This document shows, one piece after another, positions 37,004 through 46,573 of a DNA stretch of 51,774 bases. The notes beneath the pieces are model-generated. The model was not told where the DNA came from and made no database searches. It saw only the letters and a program-made list of their open reading frames with translations. The stretch covers positions 1-51,774 of the forward strand of contig JAGLCY010000066.1 of NCBI GenBank assembly GCA_023270185.1, read 5' to 3'. The position numbers and the translations under genes are program-made. The first letter of the stretch is position 1, and every line of letters starts with the position of its first letter. This DNA is from Candidatus Krumholzibacteriia bacterium. Lineage in GTDB: Bacteria; Krumholzibacteriota; Krumholzibacteriia; LZORAL124-64-63.

Positions 37004-38422
37004 ATGAATGTCAATCCGATGAAAACGCAGGGAATCCTGCTGTTTGCAGGTATCCTGCTGTTGGTTGGTGCTCTCGCCGTTTCGGCGGCGGAAGACCAGT
37101 TCGTCGCCTCCGCAGAAGGCGATCGCGTGCAGACCGACGTGACGGTCTACAACCGTGATCTGGCTCTGGTCCGGGAAATCCGGAAAGTTACCCTGCCGGC
37201 CGGAGATTTTTCCTTTGAATTCCGTGATGTGCCTTCGCGCATCAATCCCGTGACCCTTCTGGTTTCGTCGTCCGGGGATTCGGAATTGGAATTGTACGAA
37301 CAGAACTATGAATTCGACCTGATGTCCCCGGATAAGATCCTGCAGAAATACGTCGGCCGCGAACTTGTCTGGATCCAGGAGGACGGAAGCCGCTTGAACG
37401 GTACCCTGCTGGGAATGAGCAACGGGCCTGTGTATCGGGTGAACGAGGAAATCGTCTTCGAGATGCCCGGTCGCTTGGCACTCCCGGAATTGCCGGACAA
37501 CCTGAGGGCTCGGCCCACCCTGGTATGGCTGGCACATACTTCCAGCGGTGGCTCAAGCGAGGTCGAGACTTCCTACCTGACCGGCGGTTTTTCCTGGCAT
37601 GCCGATTATGTCCTGCAACTTGACGAAGAAGGCGAGAAGGCCGGTTTGCAAGCCTGGGTCACCGTGGAAAACAGGACGGGAGCTTCCTACCGGGATGCGA
37701 ACCTGTTGCTGGTGGCCGGAGATCTCAACCAGGTCCGGCCCGCCATGGAGAAAAGGATGGTGATGGTCGCGGACATGGCCGGAGCAGCTCCTTCCTTCCA
37801 GGAAGAGACCCTTTACGATTATCATATGTACACCATGCAGCGTCCGACTGATCTGCTGGACAATCAGATCAAACAAATTTCCCTTTTCGACGCAACCGGT
37901 TTGAAAGTAACGAAACACTACAAGCTGCGGGCGCAGCCACACTTCTTCCGTGGTCATGGACGGTTGCTGGATAATTCCAAGGTCAGCGTCAGTTACAGTT
38001 TCGAAAACACAGAGGACAACAAACTGGGCATGGCACTTCCTGCAGGTGTGTTCCGTGTCTACGGGCGTTCCGCTTCGGGATCGAGACAATTGCTGGGAGA
38101 GGACCGGATCGACCACACCCCGAAAAAGGAAACGGTCGATCTGACGGTGGGAAAAGCCTTCGATATCGTGGCCGAAAGGGTCCGGACCAATAGTGAGAAA
38201 CTGGCGGACAATCTGCACCGCACCACCTTTGAGATAACTATCCGCAATCACCGCGAAAATGATGTCGTGGTTGAGGTTACAGAGCCAGTGGGCGGATACT
38301 GGGAAGTGATTGCCGAATCCCTGCCGCACCGGAAGGTGAGCGCCAACGAATTGGCTTTCGACGTGCCGGTGTCCGCTGACGGGGAAACAGTACTTACCTA
38401 CACTGTTCAGGTGAAGTACTAG
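37004..38422 (+). CDS. DUF4139/DUF4140-domain exported protein
   Basis: Signal peptide; VTVYN.DLALVRE.R, YLTGGFSWHADY, L.AWVTVENRTG, LPAG.FRVY, IDHTP; GGAGG RBS. Confidence 0.85.
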   Translation: MNVNPMKTQGILLFAGILLLVGALAVSAAEDQFVASAEGDRVQTDVTVYNRDLALVREIRKVTLPAGDFSFEFRDVPSRINPVTLLVSSSGDSELELYEQNYEFDLMSPDKILQKYVGRELVWIQEDGSRLNGTLLGMSNGPVYRVNEEIVFEMPGRLALPELPDNLRARPTLVWLAHTSSGGSSEVETSYLTGGFSWHADYVLQLDEEGEKAGLQAWVTVENRTGASYRDANLLLVAGDLNQVRPAMEKRMVMVADMAGAAPSFQEETLYDYHMYTMQRPTDLLDNQIKQISLFDATGLKVTKHYKLRAQPHFFRGHGRLLDNSKVSVSYSFENTEDNKLGMALPAGVFRVYGRSASGSRQLLGEDRIDHTPKKETVDLTVGKAFDIVAERVRTNSEKLADNLHRTTFEITIRNHRENDVVVEVTEPVGGYWEVIAESLPHRKVSANELAFDVPVSADGETVLTYTVQVKY

Positions 38423-38446
38423 CTGGGAGGGCCATGGGGATTCGGA

Positions 38447-40651
38447 TCAGTTCCGGGTCCCGCCCATCAATTCCCTCAACCGTTGTTGCAGACGGGAATC
38501 CCCGGGTCGCAGTTCCAGGGCCTTTTCCAGGGCCCTGACGGCGCCCGATCGGTCTCCCGAACCTTGAAGGGCCACAGAGAGATTGACCCAGGCTTCGAAC
38601 CTTTTGGGATCGATGTCGGCGGCTCTCCGAAAGAAACCCGCCGCCTTGTCAGGGTTGCCCAGACGCATTTGACAGACGCCCGCGTTGAGGGCCGATCCAG
38701 CCAGGCGGCCGTTCTTTTCCAGCGCGAGCTTGAAATGGAGGAGAGCCTCATGGAAATGCTGGCTGTCCAAGAGCAGATTACCCAGATTGTGATTCAGTGT
38801 CGGGTGATCAGGCCTGAAGGAGAGCCCTCTGCGGAACGCGATTTCCCGTTGTTCAGTATCCCCGGCGAACATATAGAGATGACCCGCGGCGAGGCAGATG
38901 TCCGCTTTCCTTGCCAGGGATCCGCGGTCGGCTTCGGCCTCGGTCCTCGCGGCTGCCCGTAAAAGGGTGCCATGGTCGTTTCTTTGGTCGTATCCATCGT
39001 TGTCGCCCTTGTCGGTAGGCTTGGTCGGCCGGAACAGGAGGCCGGCTCCTTCCGCGGTCCAAAGATCCCAACTGGAGGAGTTCAACAGCTGGATAGCCAA
39101 CTGATCAAAGGAGCCGCCACCGGTGGCCAGACAGACCGCGTCGACGCGATACTTGTCTGCCAGAAGTTTCAGGGCCTTTTCGTCACCGCGCTTGATGTCC
39201 AGGTACTTTGCCCAGAGGTCGGGTGAATAGGCCTCGGTCCGCCCATCGATGAAGATCTGTCCGCTGGTATTGGCCAGCAGGAAAGCCGCCGCATCGAGGT
39301 TGGCGAAATACGTCGGACTCTCACCGCTGGTCATGGCCTCTGCGGCCGCCAGGGGATAGCGCGCCGGATTCACCCCTGTTCCGAAGCGTCGTCCAATTCC
39401 CTCCCCGAGGTAGAAATCGTCATTGATGATATGTGGCCAAAACAGGCCCGCTGTGATCAGTGTCACGGTCAGGCCGAATATCGGGATCAGGGTCGCCGGG
39501 AGAGTGGGGAGCTTCCGGGGAAGGGAAAAGCGCCAGGGATTGCCGCCGGCACCTGTGTGGAGCAGCATGAACGCCACTCCGTAGATGCCGATGCTCCGCT
39601 GATTGGTCCAGGCTGCAAACGCGGCCAGGGCAAAAACCAGGATCCGCAGGAGGCTGACCCGGCCGAAAGTCGCGATGACCCACACAAGCCCCCACACCAG
39701 GCTGACGCGGAAGGCGGTGATGGTCAGGCACAGGGAATTGGGCGATTCCCGAAGGGGAACAAGCTCGGAAATGGTGGAGCGCAGGTCGACCTGGGATTGG
39801 GAAAACTGACCAAGGGCCCGGATAGGCATGAGAAGTCCGTTCCAGCCGTTGGGCGTCAGGATCAGGGCGATGAGGGCCAGGAAAACCAGGGCCGTCGCCC
39901 GCCCCATGCCGGGGCCCCGTTGGTCGGGATGGCGTTTGCCGGGAAATAGACGTGCCTGAATCGGCGCCATGGTCCCGCCCAGGAGCAGCACGAGGGGCGC
40001 CAGTGAAGCAAAGCCATGAAACTGTGCCCAGATCACCGTGAGAAGCAAAATGCGGCCGGCGGTCCGGGGAGGGGCAGAAGGGGCTGTCCGGAAAAATTCT
40101 TCGGTCCAACGGACCAGGAGCACAAAGAACAAGTAGGAGAACAATTCCGGACGAATTGTCAATCGGGGCCACAGAAGCAGTAAACCGGCCAGAATCGGCA
40201 CTCCCATCCATGCTGCGGCGGATGGGCCTTCCCGCCCGAGGAGGCGGGACACTCCTTTATCCCCTGCGAGAATCGTCAGTAAAAGGAGGAGGGTCAGGGC
40301 GGATCTCATCAGGTTCCAGCCAGTGACGTCGGGTGATTCAAGTCCATCCCCGGGTGGAAGAGTCCCCGGGCCGGTCAACGCGGTCAGAACCTGGAACATC
40401 CATTCGTGATTCACCCAGGGATGATCGGGTTCTGAAAAGGAGAATCGATTGGCGGAGATGACACCCTGTCCGTCCAGCAGATCGCGCCCCGCGCGCAGGT
40501 GAAACCAGATATCGAGATCGCCAAGGCTGTGCCAGGACAGAAGGAGGCCTGTCAAAACGGGGATCAGAAGGGATAGCAGTCCCCACCAGGCCAGGGACGG
40601 ACGTCTTTGGGGGCGAGTCGGAACATCCCGGGCGTCTGGTGGTTGCGGCAT
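38447..40651 (-). CDS. Polytopic membrane protein (GT-C glycosyltransferase-like) with C-terminal TPRs
   Basis: DLDIWFHLRAG after TM1, WVNHEWMFQ, RPELFS, W..FHG, FIDGRTEAY; ~10 or more TM segments; ~4 TPRs at the C-terminus. Confidence 0.72.
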   Translation of the reverse strand: MPQPPDARDVPTRPQRRPSLAWWGLLSLLIPVLTGLLLSWHSLGDLDIWFHLRAGRDLLDGQGVISANRFSFSEPDHPWVNHEWMFQVLTALTGPGTLPPGDGLESPDVTGWNLMRSALTLLLLLTILAGDKGVSRLLGREGPSAAAWMGVPILAGLLLLWPRLTIRPELFSYLFFVLLVRWTEEFFRTAPSAPPRTAGRILLLTVIWAQFHGFASLAPLVLLLGGTMAPIQARLFPGKRHPDQRGPGMGRATALVFLALIALILTPNGWNGLLMPIRALGQFSQSQVDLRSTISELVPLRESPNSLCLTITAFRVSLVWGLVWVIATFGRVSLLRILVFALAAFAAWTNQRSIGIYGVAFMLLHTGAGGNPWRFSLPRKLPTLPATLIPIFGLTVTLITAGLFWPHIINDDFYLGEGIGRRFGTGVNPARYPLAAAEAMTSGESPTYFANLDAAAFLLANTSGQIFIDGRTEAYSPDLWAKYLDIKRGDEKALKLLADKYRVDAVCLATGGGSFDQLAIQLLNSSSWDLWTAEGAGLLFRPTKPTDKGDNDGYDQRNDHGTLLRAAARTEAEADRGSLARKADICLAAGHLYMFAGDTEQREIAFRRGLSFRPDHPTLNHNLGNLLLDSQHFHEALLHFKLALEKNGRLAGSALNAGVCQMRLGNPDKAAGFFRRAADIDPKRFEAWVNLSVALQGSGDRSGAVRALEKALELRPGDSRLQQRLRELMGGTRN

Positions 40652-40941
40652 GAAACCCTCCCGGGGGTGATTACTAGAGGTGGAATGCAGACCTGATCGA
40701 ACATCATCATATCCGATGAATACGAATCTGCCCACCCGGCTCTGCAAGCTAACCAGGAGGGTGGTCTTTTCAAAAAAGAATTTGACAAAGTGGCGTGGTC
40801 AGCAGGAGAGGCCTTGACAAAATGTCATCAGATTGGCGAAAATGCGGAGCCGTTAGCGAAATAACAGAATGTAAATTCACGTAACCCTGGCAATAGCAAT
40901 AAATTAGAGGAAGTCAGTAAAGTTTAGATTTTTCGAACATA

Positions 40942-40957
40942 TGGTACGGATATTGTT
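40942..40957 (+). promoter_or_regulatory. Possible variant sigma-54 promoter upstream of the sigma-70 gene
   Basis: TGGTACGGATATTGTT, correct spacing but GT instead of GC at -12; IHF-like site at 40894-40906. Confidence 0.35.
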
Positions 40958-41058
40958 AATAGCTCGATACGAGTTTGCCCCCACCCTACACCGAAAGTCT
41001 GACTCGGGGGATGACTCGGCCGGAATAAATTGCAGGTTTTCCCGGAGAGGATGTTGAA

Positions 41059-42063
41059 ATGGCCAAGACGATTACAAGCAAGAAGACGACAGGCAAGAAG
41101 ACGACTAAAAAAACTCGGAAGAGCTCAGTCCCTACCAAGAGGTCCGCCAAGACCACTAAGCTCGCCAAAGGCGGATCCCGAGGTTCCGCCAAGGTCGCTT
41201 CTGATCAAATAGCGCCGGCAGCCCAGTTGATGAGCACCCTGGATCTCTATTTTCAGGAAGTGAAGGCCTACTCCCTGCTCACCAGGGCAGAGGAGTGCGA
41301 ACTGGCTCGTGGTATCCATTCGAATGACAGTGAAAGCCTGCACAAGCTGGTCAAGGCCAACCTGCGCTTCGTGGTTTCCATCGCCAAGGAATATGCCCAC
41401 TACGGAGTTCCTTTGGAAGACCTGATCAACGAGGGAAACCTCGGTCTGCTGAAGGCTGCCCAGAGATTTGACGAGACCCGCGGGTTCAAGTTCATTTCCT
41501 ATGCCGTTTGGTGGATCCGCCAGTCCATCCTGGCGGCTCTGGCCAATCACAGCAAGATCGTGCGCATGCCCCTGAACCGGGCCCGCGTGCTGAACCAGAT
41601 CAAGAAGGCCAGCGGCGAGCTGCAACAGAAGCTGCGTCGCAAGCCCGAGCCCGAGGAGATCGCCAAGGCGTTGGGCCTGTCCCTCGACGAAGTGAAGGCG
41701 ACCCTGCCCCTGATGCAGGACAACTTCTTCCTGGACGACTTCGTGGGTAATGACGAGGACAGCACCTACCTGGACTTCCTGGAGGATACGACCACCGTCG
41801 GTCCTGACAACAAGGTGCTGGACGATGATCTGAACTCGAGCATCGGACGCATGCTGGGTGACTTGAAGGAGCGCGAGGCCAAGGTCCTGAAGCTGTATTA
41901 CGGCTTGGGCAGTGACCAGGAAATGACTCTCGAGGAGATTGGCCGGATCATGGGTTTGACCCGCGAACGGATCCGCCAGATCAAGGAAGAAGCCTTCGAG
42001 AAGATTCGTTCGAGCAAGGCCTTCCGGTACATGCATGACTATTCCGAGGAAACTCAGGTCTAG
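41059..42063 (+). CDS. RpoD/SigA-family sigma-70 factor lacking acidic region 1.1, with Lys-rich N-terminal tail
   Basis: Region 1.2 LDLYFQEV...LLT, ANLRFVVSIAK, DLINEGNLGL, FKFISYAVWWIRQSI, region 4 TLEEIG..MGLTRERIRQI. Confidence 0.93.
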   Translation: MAKTITSKKTTGKKTTKKTRKSSVPTKRSAKTTKLAKGGSRGSAKVASDQIAPAAQLMSTLDLYFQEVKAYSLLTRAEECELARGIHSNDSESLHKLVKANLRFVVSIAKEYAHYGVPLEDLINEGNLGLLKAAQRFDETRGFKFISYAVWWIRQSILAALANHSKIVRMPLNRARVLNQIKKASGELQQKLRRKPEPEEIAKALGLSLDEVKATLPLMQDNFFLDDFVGNDEDSTYLDFLEDTTTVGPDNKVLDDDLNSSIGRMLGDLKEREAKVLKLYYGLGSDQEMTLEEIGRIMGLTRERIRQIKEEAFEKIRSSKAFRYMHDYSEETQV

Positions 42064-42151
42064 CTTTTTGAGTCCGGAATTAGTCCGGAATGAGTCGCAA
42101 GTGACTGGTGGTTCATCACCGGTTGGAAAAATATCGAGACAGGCGAATGAG

Positions 42152-42183
42152 GAAGGGTTCCGGTGGCACCGGGACCCTTCTTT
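42152..42183 (+). terminator. Intrinsic terminator after the sigma gene
   Basis: GAAGGGTTCCGGT-GGC-ACCGGGACCCTTC-TTT; convergent with yigZ. Confidence 0.65.
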
Positions 42184-42836
42184 CATTGGTTTTCCGGTTC
42201 CTCAAGGTCAACGTTACCGGCAGTGAGTTCAGTCAGGGCTTCGGCAAACCCTCGCCATCCTGAGTGCGCGAGCCAGATGCGCCATGATACAGCTTCACCA
42301 TATTGCTGATCCACGAGTCGGCCGCCCCTTGTCTCCAAGAGACGGCGGATGGACTTTTCCTGGGAGTAGGGGAAACGGATCATGAATTCCCGGCCCAGTT
42401 GAACTTCCCTGATTGTTGCTTCGGCCAGGGCCATTGCTCCGGCCTGGCCATAGGCCCGGGCCAGTCCGCCGGTTCCCAGTTTGACGCCTCCGAAATACCG
42501 GACCACGACAAGCAGGACATCAGTCAGTTCGAGCTTGCCGATGGCCGCGAGAATGGGGTCGCCGGCCGTGCCCGAGGGTTCGCCGTCGTCACTCTTGCGG
42601 GTGATGGAAGCACTCCCTACACCCAGCTTGTAACCGTAGCAGACATGCCGCGAGTCGTGATATCGTCTGGCGGTCTCGCTCAGACAGACCCGGGCTTCCT
42701 GCTCCGTACGGACCGGAAAGGTCAGGGCCAGGAAACGGGATCGTTGCACTTTCAACTCGGATTCCGCCGAGCCCTCGATGGTGAGAAAACTGTCCGGGGG
42801 ATCGTTCCCGAATGGTGTGTTGGGGGATCTAATCAC
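42183..42836 (-). CDS. yigZ: YigZ/IMPACT family protein
   Basis: RSRFLA, H.CYGY, SDDGEPSGTAG.PIL, VVRYFGGVKLGTGGLARAY. Confidence 0.93.
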   Translation of the reverse strand: MIRSPNTPFGNDPPDSFLTIEGSAESELKVQRSRFLALTFPVRTEQEARVCLSETARRYHDSRHVCYGYKLGVGSASITRKSDDGEPSGTAGDPILAAIGKLELTDVLLVVVRYFGGVKLGTGGLARAYGQAGAMALAEATIREVQLGREFMIRFPYSQEKSIRRLLETRGGRLVDQQYGEAVSWRIWLAHSGWRGFAEALTELTAGNVDLEEPENQ

Positions 42837-43063
42837 GTTTCTTCCGCTTCATCGGCAGGTGTACGGTTTTTAGCCATGACGAGGTGTTGAAGGTGGGATT
42901 CCCCGACCTGGAGAACCAACTGTTGTTATAATATATTCTATTTTGTTTATTTGCAAGCATTTGCCAGGCCGGAATTGGAGTGCGGATGGCACTGGCCTTG
43001 CATGGAGATTCAGAGCCGGAACACCGGTCTGATTCCAGATATCCGGAAAGCGGGAGTTTGAGT

Positions 43064-43726
43064 TTGCAGGAACAACCCATTCAGCAAAAGGGAAAGCCAG
43101 GGTTCAGCGACAGGTTCGTGTCTCTGGTGCTTCTGTCGTTCTTCACCCTTTCCTGCGGATTGCACAATCCCGCGGGGGCCCAGTTGACGGAGGGTAACTC
43201 CCGTTTGTCACTGCCTCAATCCCAATTGGGTCAGCCCTTCGAAAATCCCGTCTTCCTGACTGGGCATTGGGCCTTTGGCGGAGGCTTCCAGGATCAACAC
43301 GGGGACCAGGGATATGGGGGAGCACTGATTTTCCGGCCGGGGTCTCCGGTCAACATCTTCGACGGTTTCATGAACTGGAAAACCGGGATGGTCGTCCAGG
43401 TGGATTACCTGAAGATCCCGGACGGTGGTGACATCACTTCCGCCGACCTTATCCTGCGTCGGTATTTCAACAATCGGGGCGACCGTGAGGTGGAGGTCAA
43501 TATCTTTCTCGGCCTGGGTTCCGGGATCAGTGACATCGATCGGTCCGACCCGGATGATGTGGCGGCCGGGGAGCACTGGTCCATCCTTGCTGAAGCCGGT
43601 CAGGAATGGTTTTTCAAACCCACACACATGTTGTTCCTGAAGGCTCAGTACCGCTGGATGATCAACGCCGGTCGCACATGGCGGACCTGGTCGGTGATGG
43701 TGGGCGCGGGCATCGCCTGGCCATAA
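43064..43726 (+). CDS. Putative small outer-membrane beta-barrel protein
   Basis: Signal-like segment ending AGA|Q; alternating beta-strands; C-terminal WSVMVGAGIAWP. TTG 43064 chosen for its GGGAG RBS (ORF open from 42980). Confidence 0.65.
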   Translation: MQEQPIQQKGKPGFSDRFVSLVLLSFFTLSCGLHNPAGAQLTEGNSRLSLPQSQLGQPFENPVFLTGHWAFGGGFQDQHGDQGYGGALIFRPGSPVNIFDGFMNWKTGMVVQVDYLKIPDGGDITSADLILRRYFNNRGDREVEVNIFLGLGSGISDIDRSDPDDVAAGEHWSILAEAGQEWFFKPTHMLFLKAQYRWMINAGRTWRTWSVMVGAGIAWP

Positions 43727-43775
43727 CCCGGAAAATACTTGAATCTTCCGAGGGCCGAAGGTTGCATCGAAATGC

Positions 43776-43804
43776 ATGACCAGGTCATCCGTTTAAGTTA
43801 TACT
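43776..43804 (+). promoter_or_regulatory. Putative sigma-70 promoter with a palindrome over the -35 box
   Basis: ATGACC-N17-TATACT; the ATGACC-A-GGTCAT inverted repeat (43776-43788) overlaps the -35 box. Confidence 0.4.
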
Positions 43805-43882
43805 GATCAAGTAACCCCCTGAATAACCCGCTGTGACCCAACGTCCAGTTGCCGGTCACGGCTTTCCGTATCGAGGTGTTTC

Positions 43883-44719
43883 ATGATGAATTCAAGAGCG
43901 TTGGTGGCCTTCCGGTTGGTCAGGTCCCGCCACGCCTTTCTGCTGATTGTTCTGGGTCTGGCGGTCATTCTGTTGTCCGGTTCCGGCCCGGCGCGGGCGC
44001 AGGGGGAATTGACGTATTCCCAATACCGCGACTTGTCATGGGCAGCCATCCGGATGGAACATGTGACGAAATTCGAGCCCATTCATGGGGAAGAGGGCAT
44101 GTTCTTCGCCATCGCCGATCGATACGGCACGGTCCAGGTTTCCAAGATGGACGCCAATGGTGTGCGATTGATCTGGAAAAGCATCCAACTGAGCGGCATT
44201 CCGGACGAGGTCATCACCGCTGACCTGGACGGTGATTCCCTCGATGACAGCATCCTGTGTCGGACCAGCAACGGTAAGGTTTATGTCTGGAGCATGGACG
44301 GGTACGACCTGCTGTGGGAATCCCTGCCCAGCGAATACCAGATGGTTTCCTGCTTCACCACCGCCAACATGGATGAGGACCAGGCCAACGAGATCGTCAT
44401 GATTGCCGACAACCGAATCGTCTATGTGGATGGCGGCACTTTTACCAAGAGCTTTACCAGCATTAATGAATATTCCGCAACCCAGATGCGGTGCGGTGAC
44501 GTGGACGGCGACAGACGGATTGAGATCGTCCTGAATACCGGTCAGGTGGTTGATTCCGTATCCGGGGATATCGAGTGGGAGGATGAAACTTTTTTCGGAA
44601 AGATCGAGCTGTTCGACATCAACGGGGACGGGATTCCCGAAATCCTGACCGAGAATCCCGGCAACGGTCCTCTCAAGGTATTCGACGCCGGCCACCGCTT
44701 CGAAGTACGTTTCCAGTAG
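43883..44719 (+). CDS. Secreted FG-GAP/VCBS-repeat (beta-propeller-like, Ca-binding) protein
   Basis: Signal peptide ARA|Q; repeated ADLDGD, ANMDED, GDVDGD, FDINGDG.PEI motifs. Confidence 0.85.
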   Translation: MMNSRALVAFRLVRSRHAFLLIVLGLAVILLSGSGPARAQGELTYSQYRDLSWAAIRMEHVTKFEPIHGEEGMFFAIADRYGTVQVSKMDANGVRLIWKSIQLSGIPDEVITADLDGDSLDDSILCRTSNGKVYVWSMDGYDLLWESLPSEYQMVSCFTTANMDEDQANEIVMIADNRIVYVDGGTFTKSFTSINEYSATQMRCGDVDGDRRIEIVLNTGQVVDSVSGDIEWEDETFFGKIELFDINGDGIPEILTENPGNGPLKVFDAGHRFEVRFQ

Positions 44720-44725
44720 GGGCGG

Positions 44726-46573
44726 TCAGCGAATACTCTTCATGAGTTCGAGCATGTCGTCGGCGGTTTTCCATCCCGAGCTGCGCCCGTGGAGAACCTC
44801 GCCGCGGCTGTCGATGAAGATGATCCTGGGCAGCCCGGGAACCTTGAAATATTCCCTGATGGAGGTCATCTCCGCGTCGTCGGGTGCGGTTGCGTCGACC
44901 TTGATGGTTACAAACCGCTGGGCTTCCTCCGCGACCTCGGGAACGTTCCAAACGAGTTTGTCGAGCTTCTTGCAATAGACGCACCATTGGGCCCAGAAAT
45001 CGATCATCACAGGCCGGCCCGCGGCCTTGGCTTCCGCGCGCTTCCGGTCGAGAAAGGCCTGCACGTTTTCCCCGGTGTGGATCTTGGTCCACTGGACCTT
45101 CTCAGGCAGTGTGACGGCAATCGGCTCCCCTGTTGTGGCTGTTTCGACGGCGGATCCTATTCTCACGGGAGTCGGATGGGTTTCGGATCCCGGCCCGGAG
45201 GAGATCTCCGCCAACGGGGAAGGCATCATGAAACCGTGCTGAATGAAGGACCCGCCCAGGAAATACAGGCCCGCCACGAAAACCACCAGGCCCAGACCCT
45301 TGAGCGTACGGGGCCACCATCCGGCTTCCGGGGCCAGTGAATCAAAAGCTCCCATGAAAACCGCGGTCAGGATGGTGGCCACCCCGACCAGCGGATAGAA
45401 GATGTTCGCGGGCAGGACGCTGCCGGGGCGGACAAAATAGAAGGCCATGGCCACCAGCAACAGTCCCATACCCTTTTTGACAGTGTCCATCCAGCTTCCG
45501 CTCCGGGGCAGGGTGCCCACCAAGGCGGGGAAGGTCCCGATACCGATCAGCAACAGGCCCATGCCGATCCCGAAGGTGAACAGTGAAAAGAAACCCAGGA
45601 TCCAATCGCCCGTTGTGCCGACCCAGACCAGCAAGGCCATGAGAAAAGGTCCCACACAGGGCGAGGCAACCAGACCGGCAACGAGTCCCATCGCGAACAC
45701 GCCGATCAATCCGCCGCGGTTACCGGCGCCGGGTCCCTGCAGACGGTCACGCAGGAAAACCGGGGCTTCCAGCTCGAAGGCTCCGAACATGCTGAAGGAG
45801 AGGCCCAAAAGGAGGATGGCGATGGGCACCAGGACTACTGGACTCTGCATGAAAGCCGTGATACCGCTGAACACCGTGGCGCTCAAGGCGCCCATGATCG
45901 CATAGACCAGGGCCATGCCTATCACGTAGGTGATGGACATGATCAGGCCGCGAACGGGTCCCTTTTCCTGGCTCTGGGCGCCGATCACCACCAGGGTGAT
46001 TGGAATCATGGGATAGATGCAGGGGGAGAGGCTCATCAGGACGCCGAATCCGAAGACCAGGAGGAGGAAAAAGCCGATGCCTTTGCGTTCGATGAAATTG
46101 CTGATCTTGTCCGCGGACCATCCCTCTCCATAATCGACATTGATGGCGCCGGACCATTCAGCGGACTCGGTTGCTCCGGCGGTGGTCCTGGCAGTGACCT
46201 TGACGATCAGATTCGCCGCGAGGGGCTTCACGTCCAATCCCACGGGCGCGGCCCATTCGAACCTTGCGGCGCCTTCATAGGTGGCCGGGTCGGATCCGGC
46301 GGGGGAAAGAGGTTTGATCGGGTAGGGGTCTCCGAAAAATTCCTGATCATCGCTCGTTGTGACATCGATATCCAGGCCACTGACCACCACCGCTTCCCCG
46401 GGAGCGGGTGTGATCTCCACCTCGAGAACAAGATCCTTGCCGATTTCCGCGGTTTCACTCCGGGGGACGACTTTGATTTCGATGGATCCGGCCACCACTT
46501 CGGGCACCTGAGAGGTCATTGTCAAGAGAATGCCCAACACGAGGGCGACGGAGCTTCGGCGTACAAATTCCAT
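44726..46573 (-). CDS. dsbD: DsbD-like thiol:disulfide interchange protein (N-domain, CcdA-like TM domain, thioredoxin domain)
   Basis: SPCIYPMIP and ASPCVGP TM cysteines, LPRSGSWM, IDFWAQWCVYCK thioredoxin motif. Confidence 0.88.
   Translation of the reverse strand: MEFVRRSSVALVLGILLTMTSQVPEVVAGSIEIKVVPRSETAEIGKDLVLEVEITPAPGEAVVVSGLDIDVTTSDDQEFFGDPYPIKPLSPAGSDPATYEGAARFEWAAPVGLDVKPLAANLIVKVTARTTAGATESAEWSGAINVDYGEGWSADKISNFIERKGIGFFLLLVFGFGVLMSLSPCIYPMIPITLVVIGAQSQEKGPVRGLIMSITYVIGMALVYAIMGALSATVFSGITAFMQSPVVLVPIAILLLGLSFSMFGAFELEAPVFLRDRLQGPGAGNRGGLIGVFAMGLVAGLVASPCVGPFLMALLVWVGTTGDWILGFFSLFTFGIGMGLLLIGIGTFPALVGTLPRSGSWMDTVKKGMGLLLVAMAFYFVRPGSVLPANIFYPLVGVATILTAVFMGAFDSLAPEAGWWPRTLKGLGLVVFVAGLYFLGGSFIQHGFMMPSPLAEISSGPGSETHPTPVRIGSAVETATTGEPIAVTLPEKVQWTKIHTGENVQAFLDRKRAEAKAAGRPVMIDFWAQWCVYCKKLDKLVWNVPEVAEEAQRFVTIKVDATAPDDAEMTSIREYFKVPGLPRIIFIDSRGEVLHGRSSGWKTADDMLELMKSIR

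Noticed and set aside
42951-42967. Sigma-54-like CTGGCAAATGCTTGCA on the minus strand upstream of yigZ
   Set aside because: Spacing is GG-N9-GC; sigma-54 requires N10.
43883-44719. T9SS C-terminal sorting domains on the exported proteins (FG-GAP, DUF4139, PKD)
   Set aside because: None ends in a recognisable CTD pattern (YPNP...G.Y...K), so they cannot be claimed as SprA cargo.
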